The notes under the pieces: generated by a model
Seen by the model: only the letters and a program-made list of their open reading frames with translations
Databases searched by the model: none
Told to the model about the DNA's origin: nothing
Assembly: GCA_963714865.1 (NCBI GenBank)
Contig: CAVQPR010000001.1
Span: 1,342,942-1,406,941 of the forward strand
Direction of reading: 5' to 3'
Origin: an uncultured Actinomycetes bacterium
GTDB taxonomy: Bacteria; Actinomycetota; UBA4738; HRBIN12
DNA length: 64,000 nucleotides
Position numbers and translations under genes: made by a program
Shown here: piece after piece, positions 32,404 through 42,255 of the stretch
Layout: every line of letters starts with the position of its first letter
Numbering within the stretch: position 1 is the first letter of the stretch

Positions 32404-33640
32404 AGCCGCCGATCGCGGCGAGGAACTCGTCGAGGTCGGGCGCGACGTGGTAGCTGGGCTCGAGGAATCCCTCGAGCGCGTCGATCGTCTTGTATCCGTT
32501 GCCAGTGACGTAGGCGACGACCTCCTCGTCACGCCGGACGATGCCCCGATCGACCATCCGCTTGAGGTTGGCGATCGTCACGCCGCCGGCCGTCTCGGTG
32601 AACACGCCCTCGGTGCTGGCCAGCAGACGGATCCCTTCGCGGATCTCCTGCTCGGTGCACCACTCGATGTGTCCGCCGGTCCCCCGCGCCACCTTGAGGG
32701 CGAAGAAGCCGTCGGCCGGCGCCCCGATCGCGAGCGATCGGGCGATGGTGTCGGGCTTGACGGGGGTGATCTCCTCCTCGCCGTCGAGGAACGCCTGCGC
32801 AACCGGTCGGCAACCCTCGGGCTGGGCTCCGGAGACCCGGTAGGGCTTCTCCTCGACGGCCCCGACGGCGATCAGCTCGCTGAAGGCGCGGTGGATCTTC
32901 GTGAGCAGGGCGCCGCTCGCGATCGGCACGACCACGTGGTCGGGCAGCCGCCATCCGAGCTGCTCGGCCGTCTCGAAGCCGAGCGACTTCGATCCCTCCG
33001 CGTAGTAGGGACGCATGTTCACGTTGACGAAGGCCCACGGGAGCGCGTCGGCCACCTCGCAGCAGAGCCGGTTCACGTCGTCGTAGTTCCCCTTGACGGC
33101 GACGACCTTGGCGCCGTACGCCTCGGTGGCCAGGATCTTGGCGCGCTCGAGGTCGTCGGGCACGAACACGTAGCAGTCGAGCCCGGCCTTCGCGGCGTGG
33201 GCCGCCGTGGCGTTGGCCAGGTTGCCCGTCGACGCGCACGACACCGTCGAGTACCCGAACGCACGCGCCATCGTGACGGCTACCGACACCACGCGGTCTT
33301 TGAACGAGTTGGAGGGGTTGACCGAATCGTCCTTGATCCACAGCGTCTCGAGCCCGAGCTCACGAGCCAGGTTGTCGGCGCGACGAAGTGGCGTGAACCC
33401 GGCGCCGAGGTCGACCCGCTCGATGCCGGGGCCGCCCGGTAGCAGCGACTCGTAGCGCCAGAGCGTTCGCGGCCCACCCTCGGCCTGCGCCTTGAACTCA
33501 TCGCCGTCCACCGACTGGAGGTCGTAGGCCGGCTCGAGCGGGCCGAAGCACTCCTCGCAGATCGTGAGCGGTTCGACGGGGTACTGCTGTCCGCAGATCC
33601 GGCACTGCAGGGCGCCGGGGGTCTCGATGAGAGTGCTCAC
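32402..33640 (-). CDS. thrC: Threonine synthase
   Basis: N-terminal CxxC..Cxx[23 protein letters not shown]; GTGA overlap with the ilvD stop. Confidence 0.88.
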   Translation of the reverse strand: MSTLIETPGALQCRICGQQYPVEPLTICEECFGPLEPAYDLQSVDGDEFKAQAEGGPRTLWRYESLLPGGPGIERVDLGAGFTPLRRADNLARELGLETLWIKDDSVNPSNSFKDRVVSVAVTMARAFGYSTVSCASTGNLANATAAHAAKAGLDCYVFVPDDLERAKILATEAYGAKVVAVKGNYDDVNRLCCEVADALPWAFVNVNMRPYYAEGSKSLGFETAEQLGWRLPDHVVVPIASGALLTKIHRAFSELIAVGAVEEKPYRVSGAQPEGCRPVAQAFLDGEEEITPVKPDTIARSLAIGAPADGFFALKVARGTGGHIEWCTEQEIREGIRLLASTEGVFTETAGGVTIANLKRMVDRGIVRRDEEVVAYVTGNGYKTIDALEGFLEPSYHVAPDLDEFLAAIGG

Positions 33641-35317
33641 CACGTCGGCGCCCCCTGATCGGCGGAGCCGACCGCGCGCGCGTACTTGGCGAGCGCCCCC
33701 TGCCTGTAGCGATGCTCGCGTGGTGTCCATGCCGCGCGGCGCACGTCGAGGGTCGCGTCGTCCACCAACAACTCGATCGTGCGGGCGTCGGCGTCGATCC
33801 GGATCCGATCCCCCTCCTCGACCAGCAGCGATCGGGCCGCCGACGAACGCCTCCGGCGCGATGTGGCCGACGCTGAATCCCTTCGTGGCGCCGCTGAAGC
33901 GTCCATCGGTGATCAGCGCCACCTCCGTGCCGAGCCCGGCGCCCGCGACCGCGGCCGTCACGGCGAGCATCTCCGGCATCCCCGGCGAGCCCTTCGGCCC
34001 CTCGTAGCGGATGACGATGACGTCGCCGGGCACGATCGATCCCGACGTCAGGGCGTCGAAGGCCTCCGTTTCGGAGTCGAACGGTCGGGCGGTCCCCTCG
34101 AACACCAGCCCCTCGGCCCCGGCCGCCTTGACCACGGCCCCGTCGGGAGCCAGGTTGCCGCGCAGTATCGCCAGGCCCCCCCAGGGGTGGATCGGATCCG
34201 ACGGTGGACGCACGACCTCGCCGTCGGGGGCCGCCACGGTCATCGAGGCGATGTCGTCGGCCAAGTTCCGGCCCGTCACGGTCAGGGCGTCGCCGTGCAG
34301 ATGACCCGCCTCGAGCAACTCCTTCAGCACGACCTGGATGCCGCCCACGCGGTCGATGTCGCTCATCACGAATCGACCCGCCGGCCGGACGTCGACCAGG
34401 TGCGGCACGGTGCGGCCGATCCGGTCGAAATCGTCGAGACGCAGGTCCACGTGGGCCTCGCGCGCGATCGCGAGCAGGTGCAGGACGGCGTTCGTCGACC
34501 CGGCGACGGCCATCACGACGGCGATCGCGTTCTCGAAGGCCCGCTTGGTCAGGATGTCGCGCGGCAGGGGACCTCCCTCGGCGACGAGCTCGGCCGCCCG
34601 AACCCCCGACGCTCGCGCGAAGTCCTCGCGCCGCTGATCGACCGCCGGAGGGCTGGCGCTGCCGATCAGGGACATGCCGAGCGCCTCCCCGACGGCGGCC
34701 ATCGTGTTGGCGGTGTACATCCCGGCGCAGGAGCCGACGGTCGGACAGGCAGCCCGTTCGACGGCGAGCAACTCCTCGTCGTCGATCGACCCCTTCGCAT
34801 GCGCCCCCACGGCCTCGAACACGTCCTGGATCGTGATGTCTCGTCCCCGATGCGTGCCGGGAAGGATCGTGCCGCCGTACAGGTAGACCGACGGCAGGTT
34901 GAGCCGGGCCATCGCCATCAGCATGCCGGGCTCAGACTTGTCGCATCCCGCGATCCCGACGAGGGCGTCCATCCTCTCGGCGTGCATCACGAGTTCCACG
35001 GAGTCCGCGATCAGGTCGCGTGACATGAGGCTCGCCTTCATCCCCTCGTGGCCCATCGCGATCCCGTCGCTCACCGCGATCGTCGTGAACTCGATCGGGA
35101 ACGCGCCGGCCGACCGGACGCCCTCTTTGGAGAACGCGGCGAGCTTGTCGAGGTGGAAGTTGCACGGCGTGACCTCGTTCCACGACGATGCGACGCCGAC
35201 CTGGGCCTTGCCGAAGTCTTCATCGGTGAAACCGACGGCTCGAAGCATCGCCCGGGCGGGAGCGCGCTCGGGACCCTCGGTGACCTCCCAGCTGCGGGGA
35301 CGATCGTGGCCGGCCAT
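33637..35317 (-). CDS. ilvD: Dihydroxy-acid dehydratase (frameshift near 33830)
   Basis: [47 protein letters not shown]; true C-terminus in ORF 33637..33906. Confidence 0.93.
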
Positions 35318-35413
35318 CCGGTGTGAGCCTCCTGGGATCGGTGTGGGGGGGACCCGAGCCTACCAACCGGCGGCGGCCACCCCAGGCGGGCGGACGATAC
35401 GCTGGGCCTCGCG

Positions 35414-36835
35414 ATGACCGACCCCGACCTGCCCGTCCCGCCCGACGCCGGCCGCAGCTGGTGGCTCCGAGAGGCCCTCGCCGCCGACCCCGGTGATCCT
35501 GCCCCGCCGTTGCAGGGCGACACCGGCGCCGACGTCGTGATCCTCGGTGGCGGCTATACCGGGATGTGGACCGCCCTACATCTCACCGAGCTCGACCCCG
35601 GTGTCGACGTCGTCCTGCTGGAGCAGGACATCTGCGGCGGCGGTCCAAGCGGGCGCAACGGAGGGTTCGTCAGCAGCTTCTGGAACGAGCTCCCTCACCT
35701 GGTCCACGAGTTCGGAGACGACACCGCGCTTAGGATCTGCCGCACCGGCGAGGAGAGCGTCCGGGCGATCGGTCGCTTCTGTGAGGATCACGGGATCGAC
35801 GCGTGGTTCCGTGCCGACGGCGACCTCGGCCTGGCCACCAGCGCCGCGCAGGTCGGCGCGTGGGCCGACCAAGTGATCGCCGCCGATCGCCTCGGCCTGG
35901 ACGATCTCACCGTCATGGACGCGGCGGAGGCGCGACGCCGTGTGGACTCGCCTGTGGTCTTCGGCGGGGTCTTCGCGCCGCACGGCGCAACCGTGCACCC
36001 GGCGCGTCTCGCGCGGGGGATGCGGCGCGTGCTGCTCGAGCGCGGCGTCCGTATCTACGAGGGGTCCCCCGTGACGCGGTTCGGAGCGGGCGAGCCGTCG
36101 GTCGCCGAGACGCCGAACGGCTCGGTTCGTGCCCGGGCGGCCGTCCTCGCGCTCAACGCATGGTCGGCCCGCATCAAGCGGTTCCGCCGTGCGATCACCG
36201 TGCGGGGAAGTTACATCGTGATGACCGCCCCGGCGCCCGATCGCCTCGAGTCACTGGGATGGACGGACGGCGCGGGCGTGTCGGACTATCGGGCGGCCCT
36301 GCACTACCTGCGCACCACCCCCGACGGGAGGATCGCCTTCGGGATCGGGGGAATGCAGCCCGGCCTGGCACGCGGCATCGGCCCGCGGTTCTCCTATGAC
36401 GAGCACGCCCTCCGCGTCGCGATCGACGACCTGCACCGCATGTTCCCCACGTTCACCGACGTGCCCATCGAGGCGGGGTGGGGCGGGCCCATCGACGTGT
36501 CGGGCACCCACCTGCCGTTCTTCGGCACCTACGAGAACGGTGCCGTCCACTACGGGATGGGGTACACGGGCAACGGCGTCGGGCCGGCGCACCTGGGTGG
36601 ACGGATCCTCGCCCTGCGGGCGCTCGGCCGCTTCGAGGACGTGCTCACCCTGCCCTTCGTCGACGCCGAACCGCGGGCCTTCCCGCCCGAGCCGATCCGC
36701 TCGCCGGGTGCGCTCGTCGCTAACACGGCGATCCGGCGCAAGGACGAGTTCGAGGATCGTGACCAGCCACCGAACCCGCTCGTCGACTTCGTCGCCCGCC
36801 TGCCGCGGCGCCTCGGATACAACCTGGGACCGTAG
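35414..36835 (+). CDS. FAD-dependent oxidoreductase (PuuB/DAO family amine oxidase-like)
   Basis: GGGYTG, SGRNGG, VHPARL, WGGPID, GYTGNGVG. Confidence 0.85.
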   Translation: MTDPDLPVPPDAGRSWWLREALAADPGDPAPPLQGDTGADVVILGGGYTGMWTALHLTELDPGVDVVLLEQDICGGGPSGRNGGFVSSFWNELPHLVHEFGDDTALRICRTGEESVRAIGRFCEDHGIDAWFRADGDLGLATSAAQVGAWADQVIAADRLGLDDLTVMDAAEARRRVDSPVVFGGVFAPHGATVHPARLARGMRRVLLERGVRIYEGSPVTRFGAGEPSVAETPNGSVRARAAVLALNAWSARIKRFRRAITVRGSYIVMTAPAPDRLESLGWTDGAGVSDYRAALHYLRTTPDGRIAFGIGGMQPGLARGIGPRFSYDEHALRVAIDDLHRMFPTFTDVPIEAGWGGPIDVSGTHLPFFGTYENGAVHYGMGYTGNGVGPAHLGGRILALRALGRFEDVLTLPFVDAEPRAFPPEPIRSPGALVANTAIRRKDEFEDRDQPPNPLVDFVARLPRRLGYNLGP

Positions 36836-36907
36836 TGCTCGTTGGACCCGAGAGAAGCGGGACCTGCGCCCGCCCCGAGCTCGGTCGTGTCCGGTCAAGA
36901 TGAGGGT

Positions 36908-37747
36908 ATGAGTTCGCACGGCCCGCACCCCATGTCCGGCATGGACGCGTTCGCGCCGGCCGAGATCGCGTCGCTGGTTGAGACGCGGGGCGTGGCCAAG
37001 GCCGGCGCGCCGGCCCTGACCACCTTCGTGCTCGGGATCCTCGCCGGCGCCTTCATCGGGCTGGGGGCCGTTCTGGCAACGGTCATCGGGACCGAGTCGG
37101 AGCTGGGGTACGGCATCACGCGGTGGCTGGCCGGCATCGGGTTCTCGCTTGGGCTGATCCTCGTGGTCGTCGGGGGCGCCGAACTGTTCACCGGCAACAA
37201 CCTCATCGTGATGAGCGTCGTGAGCCGCAAGGTGACGGTGGCGCGGCTGCTCCGCAACTGGGCGATCGTCTACGCGGGCAACTTCGTGGGGGCACTCTCG
37301 ATCGCGGTGTTCGTATGGCTCGGCGATTGGGGCGCCCAGGGAGACGGCGCCGTCGGCGACACGGCCGTCGCCATCGCCGGCGGCAAGACCGCCCTGGCGT
37401 TCTGGGTCGTCTTCTACCGCGCGATCCTCGCCAACGCGCTCGTATGCCTGGCCGTGTGGCTCGCCACGGGAGGGCGCACGATCGTGGACAAGGTGTTCGC
37501 GATCGTCTTCCCGATCAGCGCGTTCGTGGCCGCGGGCTTCGAGCACTCGGTGGCCAACATGTACTTCATCCCGGCCGGGATGCTCCTGGAGCGCGACCTG
37601 CCCGGGAACGGGGTGCCGGGTCTCGATCTCCCGGGCTTCGCCGAGAACCTGGCGGCCGCCACCCTGGGCAATATCGTGGGGGGCGCGGTGCTCGTCGGGA
37701 TCGTGTACTGGTTCGTCTACCTGCGGACGGAGGGCGACGCGAGATGA
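36908..37747 (+). CDS. Formate/nitrite transporter (FNT) family
   Basis: LAGAFIG, GAELFTGN, GNFVG, FEHSVANMY, TLGNIVGG. Confidence 0.92.
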   Translation: MSSHGPHPMSGMDAFAPAEIASLVETRGVAKAGAPALTTFVLGILAGAFIGLGAVLATVIGTESELGYGITRWLAGIGFSLGLILVVVGGAELFTGNNLIVMSVVSRKVTVARLLRNWAIVYAGNFVGALSIAVFVWLGDWGAQGDGAVGDTAVAIAGGKTALAFWVVFYRAILANALVCLAVWLATGGRTIVDKVFAIVFPISAFVAAGFEHSVANMYFIPAGMLLERDLPGNGVPGLDLPGFAENLAAATLGNIVGGAVLVGIVYWFVYLRTEGDAR

Positions 37748-38655
37748 TGGGCGTGATCGCCGCCCGGGCGCTGACGAAGCACTACGGCGACGTCGTCGGG
37801 GTCGAGGAACTCTCGTTCGAGGTGCAGCCCGGCGAGGTCTTCGGGTTCCTGGGACCCAACGGGTCGGGCAAGACCACCACGATCCGCACGATGCTCGACC
37901 TGATCCGCCCGACCTCGGGGAGCATCGAGGTGCTGGGCGCCGACCCGCGCCGCGAGGGCACGGCCCTCAGGGCTCGGGTCGGCTACCTGCCCGGCGAGCT
38001 CGCGCTGTACGACCGCCTGACGGTGGAACGCCTGCTGGAGGATTTCGCCGCGTTCCGCGGCGGCATCGACGAGGCACATGTAGCATGGCTCTGCGAGCGT
38101 CTGGAGCTGGCCGTCGACAAGCGGATCGGCGAGCTGTCGCACGGCAACAAGCAGAAGGTGGGGCTGGTGCAGGCATTCATGCATCGGCCGGAGCTCCTGA
38201 TCCTCGACGAACCGACCCAGGGACTCGATCCCCTCGTGCAGCAGACGTTCTACGCGCTGATCGCGGAGGAGCGCGCGCGCGGCACCACGGTCTTCCTCAG
38301 CTCCCATGTCATGCCGGAGGTCGAGCGCATCTGCGACCGCGTCGGCATCATCCGCGACGGGCGCCTCGCCACGGTCGCCGACGTCGCCGAGCTCACGAGC
38401 CGACGCCGACGCCGGGTAGAGATCGAGTTCGAGGGCGAAGCGCCTGCCGACGGCTTCGCCCGCCTGGATGGCGTCGCGGACGTGGCCGTCGAGGGCCACG
38501 CGCTCTCGATGACCGTGGAGGGGGCGTTCGACCCCGTGGTGAAGGAGGCCGCGCGCTACACGGTGACGCGATTCGACACGCGTGAGCCCACGCTGGAGGA
38601 GGTCTTCCTCGCGTTCTTCGGCGACGAGGACGATCACGAGGGAGACGCTCCGTGA
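37744..38655 (+). CDS. ABC-2 type exporter ATP-binding protein
   Basis: GPNGSGKT, LSHGN, LILDEPTQGLDP, SSH. Confidence 0.92.
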   Translation: MMGVIAARALTKHYGDVVGVEELSFEVQPGEVFGFLGPNGSGKTTTIRTMLDLIRPTSGSIEVLGADPRREGTALRARVGYLPGELALYDRLTVERLLEDFAAFRGGIDEAHVAWLCERLELAVDKRIGELSHGNKQKVGLVQAFMHRPELLILDEPTQGLDPLVQQTFYALIAEERARGTTVFLSSHVMPEVERICDRVGIIRDGRLATVADVAELTSRRRRRVEIEFEGEAPADGFARLDGVADVAVEGHALSMTVEGAFDPVVKEAARYTVTRFDTREPTLEEVFLAFFGDEDDHEGDAP

Positions 38656-39443
38656 GCGGCCTGCTGCGCAAGGCGCTCAGGGATCAGCGGCGGCCGCTGA
38701 TCGGGTGGGGCGCCGGGCTGGCCGCCATCGCGGCGATGTACGCTGCCTTCTACCCGAGCATCCGGGACAGCGCCGCCGACCTGCAGGGATATATCGACAA
38801 CCTGCCCGAGGCGCTGCAGACCGTGATCGGCACAGGGTTCACGACGCCGGCGGGCTACCTGCGGAGCGAGACGTTCGGAACGCTCGGGCCGGTCCTGTTC
38901 CTGATGTACGCGATCGGCGCGGGGGCGCGAGCGATCGCCGCCGAGGAGGAGGCGGGGACGCTCGACCTGCTCCTGTCCACGCCCGTCTCCCGCGGGCAGG
39001 TGCTCGCCTCCAAGGCGACCGGCATCCTCGTCACGACCGCCGCGTTCGCAACGATCCTGTGCGTGACGCTGGCGACCGTGGGGCCACCCTTCGATCTGAC
39101 CGTACCGGTCGGCGACATCGCGGCCGCCTGCCTCATGCTTCTGCTGCTGGCCCTCGCCTTCGGTGCGCTGGCCCTGGCCGTGGGGAGCGCCACCGGACGC
39201 CATGGGGCGGCCCAGGCCGTGGTGGGCGCGATCGCGGTCTTCACGTTCATCCTCAACGCCCTGGCCCCGACGGTCGAGGCGCTCGAGCCACTGCGGCCGT
39301 TGTCGCCCTTCTACTGGTACATCGAGCCTGACCCACTCACGTCGGGGATCGTGGCCACCAACGGGGCGGTGCTCGTGAGCATCGCCGTCCTCGGCTACGC
39401 GGTGGCCGCCATCACGCTGAACCGCCGCGACCTGGCGAGCTGA
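38652..39443 (+). CDS. ABC-2 type exporter permease
   Basis: 6 TMs, EEEAGTLDLLLSTPVSR, LSPFYWY, RRDL. Confidence 0.88.
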   Translation: MSGLLRKALRDQRRPLIGWGAGLAAIAAMYAAFYPSIRDSAADLQGYIDNLPEALQTVIGTGFTTPAGYLRSETFGTLGPVLFLMYAIGAGARAIAAEEEAGTLDLLLSTPVSRGQVLASKATGILVTTAAFATILCVTLATVGPPFDLTVPVGDIAAACLMLLLLALAFGALALAVGSATGRHGAAQAVVGAIAVFTFILNALAPTVEALEPLRPLSPFYWYIEPDPLTSGIVATNGAVLVSIAVLGYAVAAITLNRRDLAS

Positions 39444-39466
39444 GTCGCCCGACCTGCCGAGCCCCG

Positions 39467-40303
39467 CTATCCGACGGCGATGGCCGCTACGCCGGCCAGG
39501 GCCATGATCACCCCGACGACCTGAACCCGCGATAGTCGCTCGCCCAGCGAGACGCGCGCGAGCAGGACGGTGCTCACGGGATACAGCGAGGCGAGCACCG
39601 AGATCAGGCTCAACAGGCCGCGCTGCGCCGCCAGCACGAACAGCAGGTTGGCGCCGTTGTCGAGCACCCCGATACCGGCCAGGGTCGACACCTCTCGACG
39701 GGCAAGTCGGAAGGAGGGACGGCGCACCGCCACGGCGATCGCCAACAGGGACAACGCCCCGACGCGCACGGTGAGCACGGTCCAGCCGGGTGAATCCCGG
39801 CCCGCCGCTTCGAGCAGCACGAGCAGGAGCCCCAACGAGCCGGCGGCCACCAGAGCGAGGGTCACCGCGCGGGCGCTGACGCGACCGCCCGACTCATCCC
39901 GATGCCGTGCGGCAAGCACGACCCCGGCAAGGGCGAGGAACACGCCGACGATCTGGATCGAAGTGGGGCGGTCTCCCCGCAGCAGGCCGACGGCTACCGG
40001 CACGACACCGGACAGGGCGGCCAGCGGCGCGACCACGCCCATCGGCCCGAGGGCCAGCCCCGAGTACAGGGCGGCCAGCCCGACCGCGCCCGTGGTCCCC
40101 GCCGCGAGCGCGAGCGCCACGACGCGCCCCTCCGGTGCCGGCTGTCCGAACGAGAGCACCAGGGTGGCGGCGAACACGAGCCCGGCCAGCTGGGAGACGG
40201 TGGACACGGTCAGGATGGGGAGCCGTCGGGTCGACAGGCCCCCGAGGAAGTCGGCCGTACCCCAACTCGCGGCGGCCGTGAGGGCGAGCAGGACGCCGAG
40301 CAT
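39467..40303 (-). CDS. EamA/DMT family transporter
   Basis: About 10 TMs, GTADFLGG, SLYPVSTVLLA..LGERL; TAGCGT 6 nt upstream of ATG. Confidence 0.88.
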   Translation of the reverse strand: MLGVLLALTAAASWGTADFLGGLSTRRLPILTVSTVSQLAGLVFAATLVLSFGQPAPEGRVVALALAAGTTGAVGLAALYSGLALGPMGVVAPLAALSGVVPVAVGLLRGDRPTSIQIVGVFLALAGVVLAARHRDESGGRVSARAVTLALVAAGSLGLLLVLLEAAGRDSPGWTVLTVRVGALSLLAIAVAVRRPSFRLARREVSTLAGIGVLDNGANLLFVLAAQRGLLSLISVLASLYPVSTVLLARVSLGERLSRVQVVGVIMALAGVAAIAVG

Positions 40304-40422
40304 CACCGCACGCTAGCAGCCGCCGACACGGGTCCGTGTCGCGCGGCGCTCGGGCCGGGAGTAGCCTGTATGACGAGACGGAAGGTGAACGACCATCCGG
40401 CCACGGACGAGAGGGGCACGAG

Positions 40423-40614
40423 ATGTCGATGGATCCAGGCCGCGGCTCCCGCGATCTCGGGAACCAGCGCTGGCGCTCGGAACAGGACATGATCGACGGC
40501 GAGGCTCAGCGCGACCACCTGGCGCATGAAGTCGAGAAGGCGCACGAGCGCGACGACGCCGAGCGCGGCATCGTGCACGAGCCCAAGCGCCCGTGGTGGA
40601 AGTTCTGGGGCTAG
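40423..40614 (+). CDS. Small hypothetical protein (63 aa) with C-terminal KRPWWKFWG
   Basis: GAGAGGGG SD; charged body with an aromatic/basic tail. Confidence 0.6.
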   Translation: MSMDPGRGSRDLGNQRWRSEQDMIDGEAQRDHLAHEVEKAHERDDAERGIVHEPKRPWWKFWG

Positions 40615-40615
40615 T

Positions 40616-40987
40616 TCAGACCAGCGGGGCCAGGCGCAACGGGGCATCGACGACGCCCATGAGCGCGAGCAGCGGATAGGAGATCGCGAACCCGCCCAGG
40701 ATCAGGCCCACCCAGGTCGCGAGCCTGATCCGCCGCGCGCCGAGCGTGGACATGAGCCCTGCCAGGAGCGCCGCTACGCCGAAGCCGAGCGCGGCCATCA
40801 TGAGGTCCGAGCGGAACTGCCCGCCATGGGCGAGCTCGAAGGAATAGCCGCCCAGCAGCTGAGAGCTCGGGGTCAACTGGTAGCTCCACAGCACGAGGGA
40901 CGCGAGCGATCCGAGAGCGCCTGCCACCACGGTGACGACCGCGAGGGGATCCGCCGTGCGTTCGTGCTTGCCGTAGATCGTGCTCAT
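40616..40987 (-). CDS. Small 3-TM membrane protein (paralogue A)
   Basis: Hydrophobic helices; GGAGG SD; similar to the next gene. Confidence 0.7.
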   Translation of the reverse strand: MSTIYGKHERTADPLAVVTVVAGALGSLASLVLWSYQLTPSSQLLGGYSFELAHGGQFRSDLMMAALGFGVAALLAGLMSTLGARRIRLATWVGLILGGFAISYPLLALMGVVDAPLRLAPLV

Positions 40988-41003
40988 AGGGCGCCTCCAG
41001 ACG

Positions 41004-41363
41004 CTAGACGAGTCCCGAGGTCAGCGGGCGCCCGATCAGACTCAGCGCATCCAACACGGGGTAGGACAGTGCGGCGATCCCGAGGATGATCGCCAAGGTG
41101 GTGGCGCCCCTGCCGCGGCCCGAGATCGAAGAGATGAGCCCGAGTCCCAGGCCGATCGCGCCGCCGACGACCGCGATCAGCAGCATCTGGTCGTGCAGGA
41201 CGCCGCCCGTGCCGAGCTCGCCGATCGTGGTCAAGGCCTCGGCCCCGTACCGAGCGAGCCACAGCACGGCACCGGCCGCTGCGCCGACCGCCGCCGCCAC
41301 GAGGGCGACCAACCCCAACGGGTCGACGCCGACCGAGCGGCCCGAGCTCTCGTAGATGCCCAC
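41004..41363 (-). CDS. Small 3-TM membrane protein (paralogue B)
   Basis: Shares IY..DPL, VLW, EL..GG, ILG..A.SYP.L and PL...LV with paralogue A; GTG start inferred. Confidence 0.7.
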   Translation of the reverse strand: MGIYESSGRSVGVDPLGLVALVAAAVGAAAGAVLWLARYGAEALTTIGELGTGGVLHDQMLLIAVVGGAIGLGLGLISSISGRGRGATTLAIILGIAALSYPVLDALSLIGRPLTSGLV

Positions 41364-41399
41364 GCATCTATGGAAGCACCGGCGGGGGGTACGAACAAT

Positions 41400-41454
41400 G
41401 AGTCGAAAGTCGCCTCGAGCCATAGACCTTCGGCCCGAGGGGGCCGATGGACCT
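41400..41454. promoter_or_regulatory. Three DosR/OsdR-like 14-bp boxes
   Basis: GAGTCGAAAGTCGC (41400-41413), TAGACCTTCGGCCC (41423-41436), GGGCCGATGGACCT (41441-41454). Confidence 0.4.
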
Positions 41455-41474
41455 AGAGGGGCTCAACGGCGCGG

Positions 41475-42164
41475 CTATGTGCCCTCCAGGCAGCCCCGCA
41501 GCTCCTCCGGCAACCCCGGGATCGTGAGACCTTCGCCCCCTCGCACGAAGTCATAGGCGGTGCCGGCCCAGGCGCCGGGGAGCCCCGTTCGGGGGACGGG
41601 CTCGGGCTCCGCGGAGTTCCACTGGAACCCGCTCCAGTCGGGTGAGCCGAAGCCGACCGTATCGTACGGCGCAACCGCGGCCACCCCACGGCCGAACCGT
41701 CGCTGTTCGACGATGAAGCGCCCCTGATAGGCCCAGTCGTCCTCGATGTAGAGCTTGACGTACCAGCGGCGGATGTCCTGGAGATAGCCCTTGTCGTCGG
41801 CCGGCGGCGACTCGGGCCCCACGAACGTGCGGATGTCGACGATCACGAAGTCTCCCTCCGCCCCCGTCGTTCGCCGGATCACGCCCAGCGGGTCCGTGTA
41901 CAGCGGTGTGCCGGGCCGCGGCGACACCCAGCCCCCGGAACAGGTCGTGCTCGGGGGCCCCTCGGTCGCCGGTGGCTCGCTCGGGGTCGCGGGCAGCGTC
42001 GGGGAAGCCGGCACGGCCGGGGTCGCCGCCTCGCTCGTCGGCGCCGCGCTCGAAGACGCGTTCGAGAACGAGTCCGCGGCATCCTCGGGGGTCCCGCGGT
42101 CGCACCCGGCAGCGGCCATCGTGAGCACCACGCCGATCATCACCCAGGGCCCGGTCGTCTTCAC
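41475..42164 (-). CDS. Hypothetical lipoprotein
   Basis: Lipobox AAGC, Pro/Ser/Thr/Ala linker, globular C-domain with two Cys; TACCCT 7 nt upstream of GTG. Confidence 0.7.
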   Translation of the reverse strand: MKTTGPWVMIGVVLTMAAAGCDRGTPEDAADSFSNASSSAAPTSEAATPAVPASPTLPATPSEPPATEGPPSTTCSGGWVSPRPGTPLYTDPLGVIRRTTGAEGDFVIVDIRTFVGPESPPADDKGYLQDIRRWYVKLYIEDDWAYQGRFIVEQRRFGRGVAAVAPYDTVGFGSPDWSGFQWNSAEPEPVPRTGLPGAWAGTAYDFVRGGEGLTIPGLPEELRGCLEGT

Positions 42165-42255
42165 GCGCGTCAGGGTACGGGACCCATGTGGCGAGCCGAT
42201 GAAGGTCGCCGAATTCGCCCGGGCGTCGCGGCGGCCGCGTGGTAAGCATGGAGGC

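Noticed and set aside
32402-35317. Apparent IlvD-ThrC fusion (971 aa)
   Set aside because: The IlvD C-terminus ([10 protein letters not shown]...ALAKYA) is in ORF 33637..33906; frameshift near 33830
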